From Ramazzottius varieornatus (Eukaryota > Animalia > Tardigrada): a stretch of 64,000 nucleotides of DNA. The stretch covers positions 8,665,990-8,729,989 of the forward strand of contig BDGG01000002.1 of assembly GCA_001949185.1 (NCBI GenBank), written 5' to 3'. Positions 1 to 11,587 of this stretch are shown piece by piece (the stretch's first letter is position 1; each line of letters opens with the position of its first letter). A program made the position numbers and the translations under genes. A model generated the notes under the pieces. That model made no database searches, was not told where the DNA came from, and saw only the letters and a list, made by a program, of their open reading frames with translations.

Positions 1-4
1 ACTG

Positions 5-1697
5 TTACTGGGGTGCAGGCGTCAAGAAGGCCCTTGGCATGTAAACGATCATGGATGCGGCGGATGCACTCCGGCTGATCCAGCACAGGCCAGCCAACCG
101 TCTTAGGTAGCACCAGTCCTTGCAGGTGTCGACGGACCTTCGGAGACTGTTCAATTGCGGACGAGCATCTTTTGGCTGGACCTCTTGGAAGCGCAAGCTT
201 TTCCAGTAGGGCCGTAGGGCGCTGAGCATATTCAGTGCGCTAACCACCACACTAACACATCGTCCATACGTCAGAATCAGGCGGCATGCAATCGTGTAAC
301 TTTGCCTACGTGGTGCGCCAGCTGCATCAAGCATGACAGTACCTGCGATGTGGCGCACCAAGGCTGGGTAGAATGTGGCAAGGTCGGCCCAGCAGCCTCT
401 CCAGGGTGCAAAAGGCGCTTTCGGCTAACGACTCCAAACATTAGCCACCCTATAGTTGATCACAAAGAACAGATGCCAGTCCTACTGTAGGTGAATATTC
501 ATATGCTGACAGTACCTCTAGAATGACGGCCAGTTTTCCTTGAACAAGAGCACACAACATGTGCGTCCAGTGTCCATAGGCAGCCGGCGACACCAGCATT
601 CGTCCCTCGGGGCACCTAATAGCTGAATCGTACCCGGCAGACACCAAGACAAATTCCGGGTCGAACCAGACCAACCAGAAAAGATATGGTTGTGCCTGAT
701 GCAATTACCTGTATCGCTTTACGGATACTCCATAGGCGACGCCCGACGGGTAAGATGATCTGCTGGAAAATGGCCAGGCAATCGGCATCGCCCAGTCCCC
801 TTCCACTCAGCGCAATGTTTACGTTGTATCCCTTTCCTTGGCATTCGCCACTGCGGTCGAAATTACTTTCGGGCAAATGCGGCCAGAATCGTCCGTTCAC
901 GTACCGATGAATGGAAATCGCCGCCATGCCGCCGCCATGCCGCTGCGTAAGTTTCTTCGCCAAATGCGATTGACGAGATCGATAGCGCTCCCTGCAGCCA
1001 GCAAAGCCACTTCCTCAGAAACCTAGTGAGCAAAAGGCGATTGGACACTTCTTTCACAGCGGACGAATAATCACAAACCTTACGTTGTTGATATAGACCT
1101 CTTCGAACTGCTCCGAGAAAGCTTTGAAGTTGGCAAAGTCCTTCCCTGGATCGCTGGCGCAGCATCGGTTGAGTGTATCAATTAGACTCACGTCCTGCAC
1201 AGCCTCCACATCCTTCCGCGAAGCGAGTCACCCCTGTAGATCGTAAGCGCTCTCCAAACATACGCGGACCAGACACAGATGCGATTCAGAGGTGAAACCT
1301 GCCTATCTTGAAGATTTGACACTCCCCCAGCAGATCACCTGAAGAATACAGTTCTTACCAATTGCATAGCACTTTGATTGCGCACCGAGCAACCAATGTC
1401 AGATTCTGCTGACATTCAACAGATGACACCACTGTATAACATTGTTCTAATACTGGCCATCTTTCCTGAACCCATGACAGACCCTTATCCGGTCCTTCTT
1501 CCAGCCGCCGCATAATGGCACAAGTCCTTTGCGGACGTTCCGCGTGGCGGGGATCCCAGGCGCCAAACTGCCGTTCACTCTGCTCCGCGGTGCCCCGCCA
1601 AACAGGACTTAGTGGAAAACCGTTGGGGAATGGCAATGTCGACCCTCACGTCACGAGCCGATCCGTTATATTATCCGTGTACGTACGTCACACTCAT
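5..1697 (-). pseudogene. Class IIb histone deacetylase (HDAC6/HDAC10-like domain) pseudogene
   Basis: Fragments WDPRHAERPQR, EEVALLAAGSAIDLV, SIHRYVNGRFWPHLPESNFD..GKGYNVNI, FDPEFVLVSAGYDSA.CPEG, GKLAVILE and LSALRPYWKSL. In-frame stops at 1228-1230 and 441-443 (EGGY becomes EGG*), frameshifts near 410-421, and the RPPGHH/DVHHG core is absent. Confidence 0.85.
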
Positions 1698-2856
1698 GGA
1701 GCCGTCTCGTAGGAAAATTCGGGTTCGCTTAAAATAACCGAGTCAGTGATCAGCTGATCGTGACGTCAGAGGCGACACATACAATGAAAACGTTTTTTCC
1801 ACTAACTCTTGTTTGCCGGGGCACCGCTGACTCTGCTCGTTGTAGACCAGCCCCGTTTTGCTGGAACAGCAAGCAGGACCCCAGCATGCTTGATTGGCTT
1901 CTTGGTTTGTTCAAGCGGTAGTAGGACGCAGCGGTAGCATACCTTGCACGCTCCGGACGCATCGCCTCCATCCTCGGTTATGATCCCACAGAAACGTACA
2001 CTTCATCAGCGGCATGAAAGTTCATTGCCTTTTGATGGCATCATCGAAACCTTATCGCTCCAGACGTAATCCAACAGCAATAGCAGTCTTGGACGGGCTA
2101 ATTTCCCATCTGGTCCAAGGGTAGGTACCTACGTTCGGCTTCAAGACCAAATTTGTAGCCAGATCTGGTAAGACGTAGTCAGGCGAAAAGTAGAAATGGC
2201 GGAAAGAAAGTGCCAGTAAAATACGCATTTTTTGAATTTCTTTCTAACGCGATTGCTCAACACATGACATGACATGATATGTTTGATACGACATAACGGC
2301 GCATGGCCGTGGTGGACTGAATTATTTGAATAACTCAAACCACTGTAGAAATTTCTGTGAAGATGGCGACTCCAGCGACGTGTTTACATTTGATCAGACG
2401 TCGGGTTTCCGAGCGGAACAAAGTTCGAATTGCTCCCAACTTTAAACGATCTTCATTTGGCAGACTGGTTTGAGTCCCTGTTCAAGCCACGGTCCTATCC
2501 GAATAGAAAGTTGGATGGATGGAAAACCCATCCGGATTACGTCCGGATGGGTGTGATTCCTATCCGTACGACAGGAAACTACTCGGTACCGGTGCTCCAA
2601 CGTCAATCGCTGAATACTGCTCTCTACAGTGTACACGATGAGCTTAAGTCCACAAACCGCTTAGTCTATGTAGTTACCGCACCAACCAGATTTAATGCTA
2701 AACGACGTCTTTGACAAGATTTTTCCTGATAATTTCTAATAACCAGCAAACTGACATCTATCAAGATGATCGTGCTTCTCTTCCTGGCCTGCTTTCACGT
2801 CACATCGACAAAACTCGATGTTCGACGGGCATTTTAGTAGACAACAACAGCTAAAT

Positions 2857-3596
2857 TTATTGTTGAGTCTCCGAGCTGCTAGCAGAGTTAGCTCCGCCCG
2901 AGACGAAGATCCATTTGCCGCTGTTAACGTTGGCATCACTTCGTTGACTGGGTTGAGCGTTAAGCCTGCTATTGCTGGCTCCGTTGTTCTGGACGACGTA
3001 GTCAGCCGGAGGAGTGTCTGTCAATGTTACATCATTCAGCCCAGTAATCAGGAATGTTTCACCGGAAGGCCTCAAAGATCACTTACCGAACAATGGTTGG
3101 TCAGTGTACAAACGCGAGTTGGCAAAGTTGGCAAACTCTTGCGAGCGAGCGCAGTCCACGTTGTACCTAAATAGGCGGTCCATATCTCAGTTTATGCGTT
3201 TGGGCTGTTGTAAGTACAGTCCAAGAGAGATCGGTGGACGTACCAGTAGTCACAAACCAGGGTGAGCTGGTTGAAGACGGTGGTGTTGACGCAGAGGTAG
3301 GTAGTCTGGTTGCCATTGATGTCACATCGATGGAAGACTTGGCAGTTGGTGGCGGTGTCGGCGTAGTAACCGGCTTGGGCCTGGCTGGCGCAGCTGAAGG
3401 CAGTCTCGGGCAGCGCGTCGCGATCGTAGGTGGGGTAGCTGGCGTCGCGCGAGGAGAGGATGCTTTCCACTTCGGCGGCAGTCAGAGCAGGCTTCAGCAG
3501 GTCGAAGACGTAGCGCCCACCAACCTGGTTGACGTTGCTGTTGCGCTGGCACATGGCCGACCCAACGACTACAAAGAGAACGGCGAGAACCTGCAT
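2857..3596 (-). CDS. Secreted chitin-binding type-2 (CBM14/peritrophin-A) protein, 3 exons (~3596-3244, 3166-3087, 3017-2857)
   Basis: Signal peptide MQVLAVLFVVVGSAMC, then FSC..QAGYYAD..NCQVFHRC..YLCVNTTVFNQLTLVCDYW|YNVDC. The six-Cys pattern is completed across a GT-AG intron. Confidence 0.88.
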
Positions 3597-5693
3597 GGTG
3601 AGGAGCGTTGGCTGGCTGCTGGATTCGAGGCGTCGATTGGACCGAAGAGAAGGCAAAATCTGATGATGAAAGAAATACTGATGGTAAATTGTGGACCTTG
3701 CCGAGATTTTATAAGAGTTTTCCTTCTAGGTTTTGATTACCGTAATGAACTTGATTGGCTATGAACATTGTTGCTCAAGTTATCAAGTGGTTGCATAAGA
3801 CAATTGAAAGAGGATGAGCAGCTTCGTGAACTTGACTGTAGTATATGCTTTATGAGCACTTCCTGGTGACAGGAATCCAATTTTATGCGGACATGTCGCT
3901 TCCAGCATTTTTTGTTACGGTAAATAGGGTTATTTATGGAGCGCCGCAAACATTTTGCTGACTCAACTTCCTCCCGGAAACTACGGAAAGATTTTGTGAT
4001 CAGGAAGTCGACGAATTATTTCAGTGAGTGCAAACAGCAGCTCGGCAGACCACTTCTTAATTCACTGGAACGCTGTTTTAAGAAACAAAAACGAGCTCGT
4101 TATCCATGTCGCTGCAGAGGCTCTTTACAGCCTGTAGGGTTAACTGTCTGTTATTGCCAAAACCAACGGACTATTCGGAAGCTAATAACTACTGCCATCA
4201 ACTGCAAGCGACCTTGAAAGTTGAAGCTCACCACTGTTCGAAGGCTCTGTCTGCCTGTCGGGAATTCGATTTCGGATCTCGGATCAGGTACCACTGTCTG
4301 TTTTTCTTGCTTGTACGCATCGAACAGGCCTTCGAGCTTCGCACGGGGGATCTGCTTGTCGGGTGTTTGGCTCTCTAAGTCGACTATCAGATTTTGCGTG
4401 AATGGTTCTTTGACTCTAAGAGCTCATAAGACTCATCCTGAGCAGATTCAATCCTCAGACGATGGCAAAGCAGCCAAATCTAAACAGTGGCCGAACCCTT
4501 CCCGAAATGCGGAATTGGTCGTTCGTGAATCGCTATTAGGGAGACCAGAAACCTCAAAGGACATTTAATAGGATACAACCAGCCCAGCCAGATCTCTGGT
4601 TCGCCAGACAAAAAAGCTGATTTCTCGATAACAGGTTCTACTTGGTTTAAAGGCTCATTTCGTGCCAATTCATGGCCGTTTTTGATCAAAATCTTGCCAA
4701 AATCAAATAACAAGCTGACTAAACGCTAATTTCAAGCTTAGTCAGATCAGATTTCGTGCGTAAGACTTGTGAGTGGAAAACTTCAGAGCAGGAACCGAGA
4801 ACACGACTGGGCTGGAAGTGATTTTTCGAATCATGGTCGGAATGTTATATCATAAAAGCACATATACGCCGAAAGAAACAGACACTGCATTCATACGTTC
4901 TACGAAACTGTCCGCAGTTTTTGACAGGCCGAAAACCGTCGCTCGATCGGGCAAGGTCCAGGAACTTTTCTGCATTGATATTCATACCAGCTTGGCGTTC
5001 TGTTGAGGCGAAAACGAAAGGATGGCCGCCGAGGCTGGCTTAATAATCGGGTTGCTGTCAGCAACTCTTGGGTGAAATTCCGAGAGCGGGCCATGGTTCT
5101 AAGCCGAACAGATACGCTTAAGTCTTCCTCCAAGTCCAAGACGCGCGGGCATTGTATTATCCAAAGTCGAACGAAAACCCGCAGTCAGGCGGACTCATTA
5201 GCGGAGGACTCATCGCACTGCAATCAAGTTATAAAGCTCGCTCGAGACTTCCGGGGTCGACGAACGCTGGCACCTAGCGGTGAGTGGTTCCCAAGGGATA
5301 GGTGAAGCTCACTTTCCCGGTTACCACCCTCGACTGTACTGAAAGTGCTGTGACGACGCCGGACCCCGTGCAACCACTCCTACATGTAAATCCATCCCAC
5401 AGTCCGAGTAATACGCCATTCGCCTCCACTTGTATTTGCTCCATATAGCTTGATTGAAATGAATTGTGGAGAAATCTCTCGCTTGGATAGCTGGTCCGTT
5501 ACCGTTTGTACTCAAAGTGGGGTGTTCGGTCAGACTATACTGTCCACTTTCTTACATAAGTTTCAGTCAGTTTATCCCGATAGAAATTTTCACGTACAGT
5601 TTGCAATAATGTACAAGCCAAACTGTATTGTATTGATAGAAAGCAATTTTTCGCAAGCACGTGAAAAGACGGAGCCACATACTGAACGAAGTA

Positions 5694-5991
5694 CCCCGAT
5701 TCGGAAGAGCCTCGGATCCATCATACTGACCATATAACATTTGGGATCAGTCCTGGTTTGCTACAGAGCATTTTGGGCTCTGTAAAGGTTCACGTATGCG
5801 GCATATATGTCTATAGACATGAATATCACATAACAGTTTGTGTATGGATATTCATGTCCCATAGACCTACATATTACATGTATGAACCTTCACTGAGCCC
5901 AAAATGCACCCAAAATGCTCTGTAGCAAACTAGGACTGATTCCAAATGTTATATGGTCAGTATAATGGATCGGAGGCTCTTCCAAACAGGT
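5694..5991. mobile_element. Palindromic (fold-back) MITE-like element, ~300 bp
   Basis: GGAAGAGCCTCGGATCCATCATACTGACCATATAACATTTGGGATCAGTCC.. at ~5703 is mirrored by its near reverse complement ending ~5983. The arms extend ~125 bp toward the centre. Confidence 0.8.
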
Positions 5992-5993
5992 TT

Positions 5994-6638
5994 CACGCAC
6001 AACAAGAAATTACGGGGCCAGTACAAACTATAGAACAGGCGAAAAAGACGCCAAAATGAAATTCATCCGTAAAAAAGTGTCGGAAAGTGTATTAATGTAC
6101 ACCACTCGCGATCCGGAATGCCTTTTGTGGGAACCCACACATTGCTGACTTGCTCAGCGTATAAAGCAAACGTGTACTGGACACGGAAGTGCACGCTTGC
6201 TCAGGCGTATGGGCACCGCGCGAAACCCCCCTTTTATTGATGGCACGTGTATTTATACATCGAATGGATAACAGAACAAAATATAATATGAAACAGGGAG
6301 GATGGGATGGTAAAACTTGCACAGCGAGGCTTGCTTCGGGAGCAACGTTCACTGCGCGAGGAAAAGGCGAGAATGGGAAATAAATGCCGGCCAGCGCTGA
6401 GCTGGCATGATGGACGCTGGTCACTGCTGGCAGAAGAGAGGGGCGTGATCAGGTGCTCGCCGGTTGAAGAGAGAGGTCTTTTGCTCGCCTCCTATTAACC
6501 ATATTTAAAATAACTATTTTCTAATATTGTGAATTATCCTTAATGTGAAACAGGCACATAGGTGCATTCTTCCGTATCGCCGTAGCGAAAAGGCCTGCTC
6601 CATAATTTTTACCGGCCCATAATTTCTGGCTGTGCGTG
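5994..6638. mobile_element. Non-autonomous DNA transposon with degenerate ~45-bp TIRs starting CACGCAC (possibly CMC/CACTA-type)
   Basis: Left end CACGCACAACAAGAAATTACGGGGCCAGTACAAACTATAGAACAGGC; right end (rc) CACGCACAGCCAGAAATTATGGGCCGGTAAAAATTATGGAGCAGGC; TT on both flanks. Confidence 0.6.
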
Positions 6639-7162
6639 TTCGTTGAGAAGGCAGCCAACAGGTGACTATGGCTGAACCAAACGGGCGTTCTGCGCGTATG
6701 AGGCTCCATCTTTCAGTTGAGAGACAACAGTACAGGAAAATAACCATGGAGTACTTGGAGTCTGTGGTCAGGTGAGTGTGGCCACTTCTGTTTGAGACTA
6801 AGCGTGTACGAAGATTGTCGACGACTACTGTGAAGGTACTGGTAGCTATACGGAAAACCGGTTATGGTGACTGATTGTTAAACCATGTCGACCTTAAGCT
6901 GAACAACAACATTCTTTCATCTTCGGCTAACGCGCAAACTTTTGACACATATTTTTTCCTGCATCAGAACCAACGCAGCGTTCTATCGATTACAACAATT
7001 GCACGAATCGCGTGTTACGTCGACGCTGGTTTTTGCCGATTTCGCGTTTAGGCATTGCACTGTTATAGTTTTCAACGCCATTCTTATTCCGACCGCTGCA
7101 GAACAGCACATGGTGTAATAGCCTATCTCTTGTGTGGTCCCTCAGTTTTGTTTTGATAGAGA

Positions 7163-8619
7163 ATGATCCGACTTTCCGCTTTTTCGACATTTGTCTTCCT
7201 TCAGATTACCGGTAAGTCTTTATAGCTCAAGTTGGATGAAATCTGCTAAGACTTTGGACAAAATCGAGCTTCCGGATGCGGCGAGTAACTTTCTCCGCAG
7301 TTCCAGCTGCAACATCGGGTTCTTACAGAGAACGTAACCGATACTCGATTGTTGATCAACAGACTTGCGTGGTTTCTGAGTTTTCCCCAGCTGTTGCCAT
7401 TTTTTCCCTACATTCAGCACGAGGTTGCCGTCTAAGATGACACCCTATCGTTAGGCTTATACGGTGGGCTTCCACAGCCAGCTAGTAGGTAATCTGGTTC
7501 GGAGCCGCAACCTTGGAACATGGCTGGCTATCTTTTTCTCTGGAAAGGTTTTCAAGCGTGAAAGCGTAGACTGCCTCTCTGCGGAAGCCAACTTTCCTGT
7601 TGACGGATATCTTTGTGCCATATTATGTCTTTGCACCTGCAGGGAAAAGGGAAAAACCGACGTACCCACATGTGTCGTTTGAGGATAGTACAGTATACCG
7701 CTCGGCAGCAGTATACTATTTGTTTGACCATATCGGAAAAACTTCCTTCAGAAGGGTTATTAGGCCACTGCACACCGACCAAGTGCTACTCTGCAACACG
7801 TTACGTAACCGCTGTTGACAGTTAGTTACGTTCTTCTGCTCACATTCCATTGCTTTTCCCTCCACTCAAAATCATTTTCGTCTCTCGCAAACAATGCAGC
7901 AGTATGTAGGGTATTATGCAGGGGTGCTAGGAGTTGGTAAAAGCGATGTGTATATTTTAGCACTTTTTTCCCAGGTTCTTTCGGTCAGAATGGAAATATT
8001 CCGGTAGTGCAGCAGCCGATCGTGAGCAGTGGATCGGCGTTATCGGGTACAAATTTGAACTTGGCCAGCAATCAGATTGGCTGTGTAAGCTGCTCCAGTG
8101 ACACTAGCGGACCGTGCGGACTTCGAAGCACCGTTGGCCAGACACCGCCCCAGAACCTCCAACGAGCATGTGCCGTCGGCATCGACTACTGTTTTACGCT
8201 CGTTAGGGTACGTCTCATCAAGCCGCAGAATCTATGAGAAACTGCTGACAGGCTATGTGGAACTCTTCTCTTGTGTTTTCCAGGCACAACCTGGTTTCCA
8301 GCCATACATTCGACGAGGATGTGGTCCGATTAGCTGCAACTCTCTTCCGGGTGAAGGTGGAGCTGGCCAGATCTGCGACGAGCAGAACAACGTGATACCC
8401 ATCCAACCCCCGGAGGCCTTCAATCAATCACGAATCTTCAACAACGGAAACCAGAATGCCGTCCTGCAATTGTGCCGTGGCTCGTTGTGCAACGCCGGAT
8501 TGATTGCCGATTACAGCATGCCAGGTTACTTTGTTTTGCAAAGTTCGGCCAGCGCCATCTACAGCTCAATTCTGTCGCTCTCCACCATGCTCATCTTGTT
8601 TGTCCTTCTGAAGAACTGA
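7163..8619 (+). CDS. Ly6/uPAR-like (quiver/sleepless-type) three-finger, probably GPI-anchored protein; exons ~7163-7211, 7975-8207, 8284-8619
   Basis: Putative signal exon MIRLSAFSTFVFLQIT|G, then CVSC..C..C..YC..RRGC..C..C..LCRGSLCN and a hydrophobic C-terminus ILSLSTMLILFVLLKN. The first exon is less certain. Confidence 0.75.
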
Positions 8620-9066
8620 AACCGCCACTGCATGTGTACAGTTTTCGACGCTCATTTTGACACTGATCAACCAACACTTTAACCACTAAAATTCATGCGT
8701 AGAAAGAGAAGTTTTCCATTAAGCCATTAATAAGCTTTCTGTTACGAGTCTATAAATTCGCGGATCCCTCTCTTCTGGTAAAAGGAATTGATGTTCTTCG
8801 CAAAGACGTAGCGCACGGTACAGTAAAAGAGGTAGCCGGCTCGAAGTTGTAAGTTCCGTCCCAAGCTATCATCCTTGGAATTGCTTGAAAGTGAGTACCA
8901 GATCGACTTGCAGACCGTACTATGAAATATACGATGGGGTATACCTAGGCATCTGATGTGAGAAAAATCCGAACAAAATACATACATTTCGGTGAAAGCA
9001 TTGGCTATTCTTTGGCACATGGTGGGTGAAAACCGAACGAAGTAGAAAAGACTCTAGTGTAAAAGA

Positions 9067-10741
9067 TCAGAAGCGGTTCTGCGTCAAAGTGGTATAGGGT
9101 TTGCCCACGTCGAAATAGGCCGAGTAGGCTTCGGTGGTGATGGGCTCGTTATCCGACTCGTAGCCCGTGGCGGCCACCGAGTTCTCCAGACTGTCATCTT
9201 CATCTTCGGCACCCGAATCCACCGCGTTACACATGTCGTCACAGAAGGCCGAAAGTGAGGACCAGAAATAGGAGTGAACTATTGTGAACATGAGTAAGAG
9301 GAACAAGGTCCATAAGACTGTCAGCGCAATGGGGAAACCATCCTGACAACATCCATCACCTCTACTGCACACCGAACTGGCTTCTTGATTGATAACCGAC
9401 CAGACGACTTGGAAATCGGCGGATGAAAGACCGGTAAAGACCACTTGCTGGCGTATCCAGCAACCGGTATGTAAGGCCAGTGCGGAGGCGGAGCGGGAGT
9501 CCGCTTCCTGACTATCAGCCATCTCGGAGCTGCCTACCTGCGTCATCCGTAACGTCGCGAAACGTGGGACGAGAGCGGCCTCGGCCAAGGTCCCAGTAAT
9601 GAAATCTGCCTCTTCAGAACTTGGCTGCACACGCGATAATGCAACCAACATATCTTCGATGCTTTGAGATCCCTTGATCACGTAGAAGACTTGGCGCAGA
9701 CTGGCCGAGGATTTGGAGTCTTTGAAGGTTGAGCCGTGAACGCCGTCCGGTAGACTGTCCAACCAGGCTAGAAGACCAGGTATGTTGACGTAAATGTCAG
9801 TGCTCGCTTTGGCAACAAAACGAGGAACGGAAGTTGAGCAAGATTTCTCTATCCAGGACAAACAGGCCACCATCAGAAGGCTCGTGTCCATCAGCTGGGT
9901 TTCTTCCTGGTCGACTTGCAGGATATCACCGTACAGCGTAACTTCTTGCCTTCGGGCGACATCTAAAAACGCCAATGCAATACTTAGACAACCAAAAGAA
10001 CAAGGTGTCAGACTCAGCTTGAGGATGTATCTCCCAAGCAGCAGTTGGCGGCTGACCTTCCGACCCGGAAGTGGAACATTTGGTGTAGGTGACGTCATCG
10101 GCAGTAACCTATAGCTTCGTCTAAAGCAAGGTATGACGTCATCGCAGAATGGTTGCGTAGCTAGCCCGCGCTGTGACGTCATGCGGTTGTTGGTCCCATT
10201 CTAAATTTCACTGACTAAGCTTACCTTCACTTTGTTCAGCTGTGTCTATCTTCTTTCGGCAGACGAAAATGACACGGATATGATGATCTTTCAGCCATCC
10301 TCCACTGCCCCACGTCTGTCGGATGAGCTGTCTTCCGGCTGAATCTCTGCACAAGATCGGGAGGAAGATGAGGCCTGGAGGAACGACAGCGGTTGGCACT
10401 TCGGGATCCTCTCCATCCGGCCTGGCTTCCAGTAACTCGACAAAGCGGTCGACTTCGGCCTTTTCATTCTTGTTTGACTGGACACAAACGGGATTCTTTG
10501 GTTGGAGGACAAAGTGAAAGACTTGTGGCAGGATGGAGGGAGTTTTAAAGGCATTGTTGGGGACGACACTCTGCGCGGCCGGATGGAAACTGACTTCCGG
10601 TGAAACATTGGACTGCTTCCAGGCCAAGATCAGTGACAAGGTCAGTGTAGTCAGCACTAGTAAGGCAAAACATTTCTTGGGAGAGTAGCGGCAATACAAG
10701 AGATATCTCAGCTTCCAAATCATGGCGCTAATCGCTGCCAT
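9067..10741 (-). CDS. Glycosyltransferase family 31 (beta-1,3-galactosyltransferase)-like protein, degenerate; exons ~10741-10225 and 9962-9067
   Basis: Type II TM (FALLVLTTLTLSLILAW), RQLIRQTWG, RVIFV, EVTLYGDILQVD, FVAKASTDIYVNIPGL, EEADFITGTLA. It also has a second hydrophobic helix and an acidic tail. Confidence 0.75.
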
Positions 10742-11587
10742 TCGAAGCAGAAGAGTGACTGATATCGAGCGAGCATCGGAAATGGATTACAGGATAATAT
10801 GTACCAATAATAAGCCACAATAGAGCTGTCGACTCTTCCAGGTGTTAACTCACTCATCCCTGCAGCTGAGTACACAACGGAGGCATATTTTCTTCGCGGC
10901 GGGTCAGGAGAAGATATGCTTGCGGGGGACGGAAGAACATTAATACATCAGCAGTTCATCAGTCTTCGGCAATGGGCCATGCCAGATTCATCGTCAACAA
11001 ATCGATAGCTAGCAGTACAACGAGGCCTAAGTGCTCCACTTGCTATTGATCCACTTGGCCGCAAGGGACAACACGGACAAATTGATGCTCTTGACGAGCA
11101 GAAGCTCGATGAGGGTCGAGACATGATTTTTGGACGGCGTGCTCGGACAAGGAAGCTTCTCTTCGAACTTTCGGTCTTTGCGCAGGGAAGGCATTCACAA
11201 AGTTTGCGTCGGTCTGCCGGAATTTTCACTGGGAGGTGCTTCTTACCGTACATGCTGCGATGACGTAATGGGCGGATGTGTCTAATGGCTCTACTGGCCG
11301 TGTCGCCTGATCGGGACAAAAATTACAGACTGCGCAATGGTGCTACTCCGCAGAAATCGATAAGACCCATCGCGAGCAAACATCGTTTTGTTGCAGAGCT
11401 TCAGAGACTCTCCCTAGAGATCTTCCATCCACCCTTTAATATTGAAAAAACAGGAAATATATGATCGGGAAGTGAGACGATTGTTGTACGAGAAACTGCG
11501 GAAGCTAAAAACCTTCGCGAAAGAACCCGCAAAGTGAACAAGCAGACTACAGTGTACTGTAAGATGTCTACAATACTATGTCATAAG

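Noticed and set aside
2364-2714. Possible small plus-strand gene divergent from the HDAC pseudogene
   Set aside because: No consistent splice model or recognisable product.
3234-3764. 176-aa plus-strand ORF
   Set aside because: It is antisense to the chitin-binding gene.
3740-5400. Coding-like fragments on the minus strand
   Set aside because: Stops in all frames and no recognisable motif, so no call can be supported.
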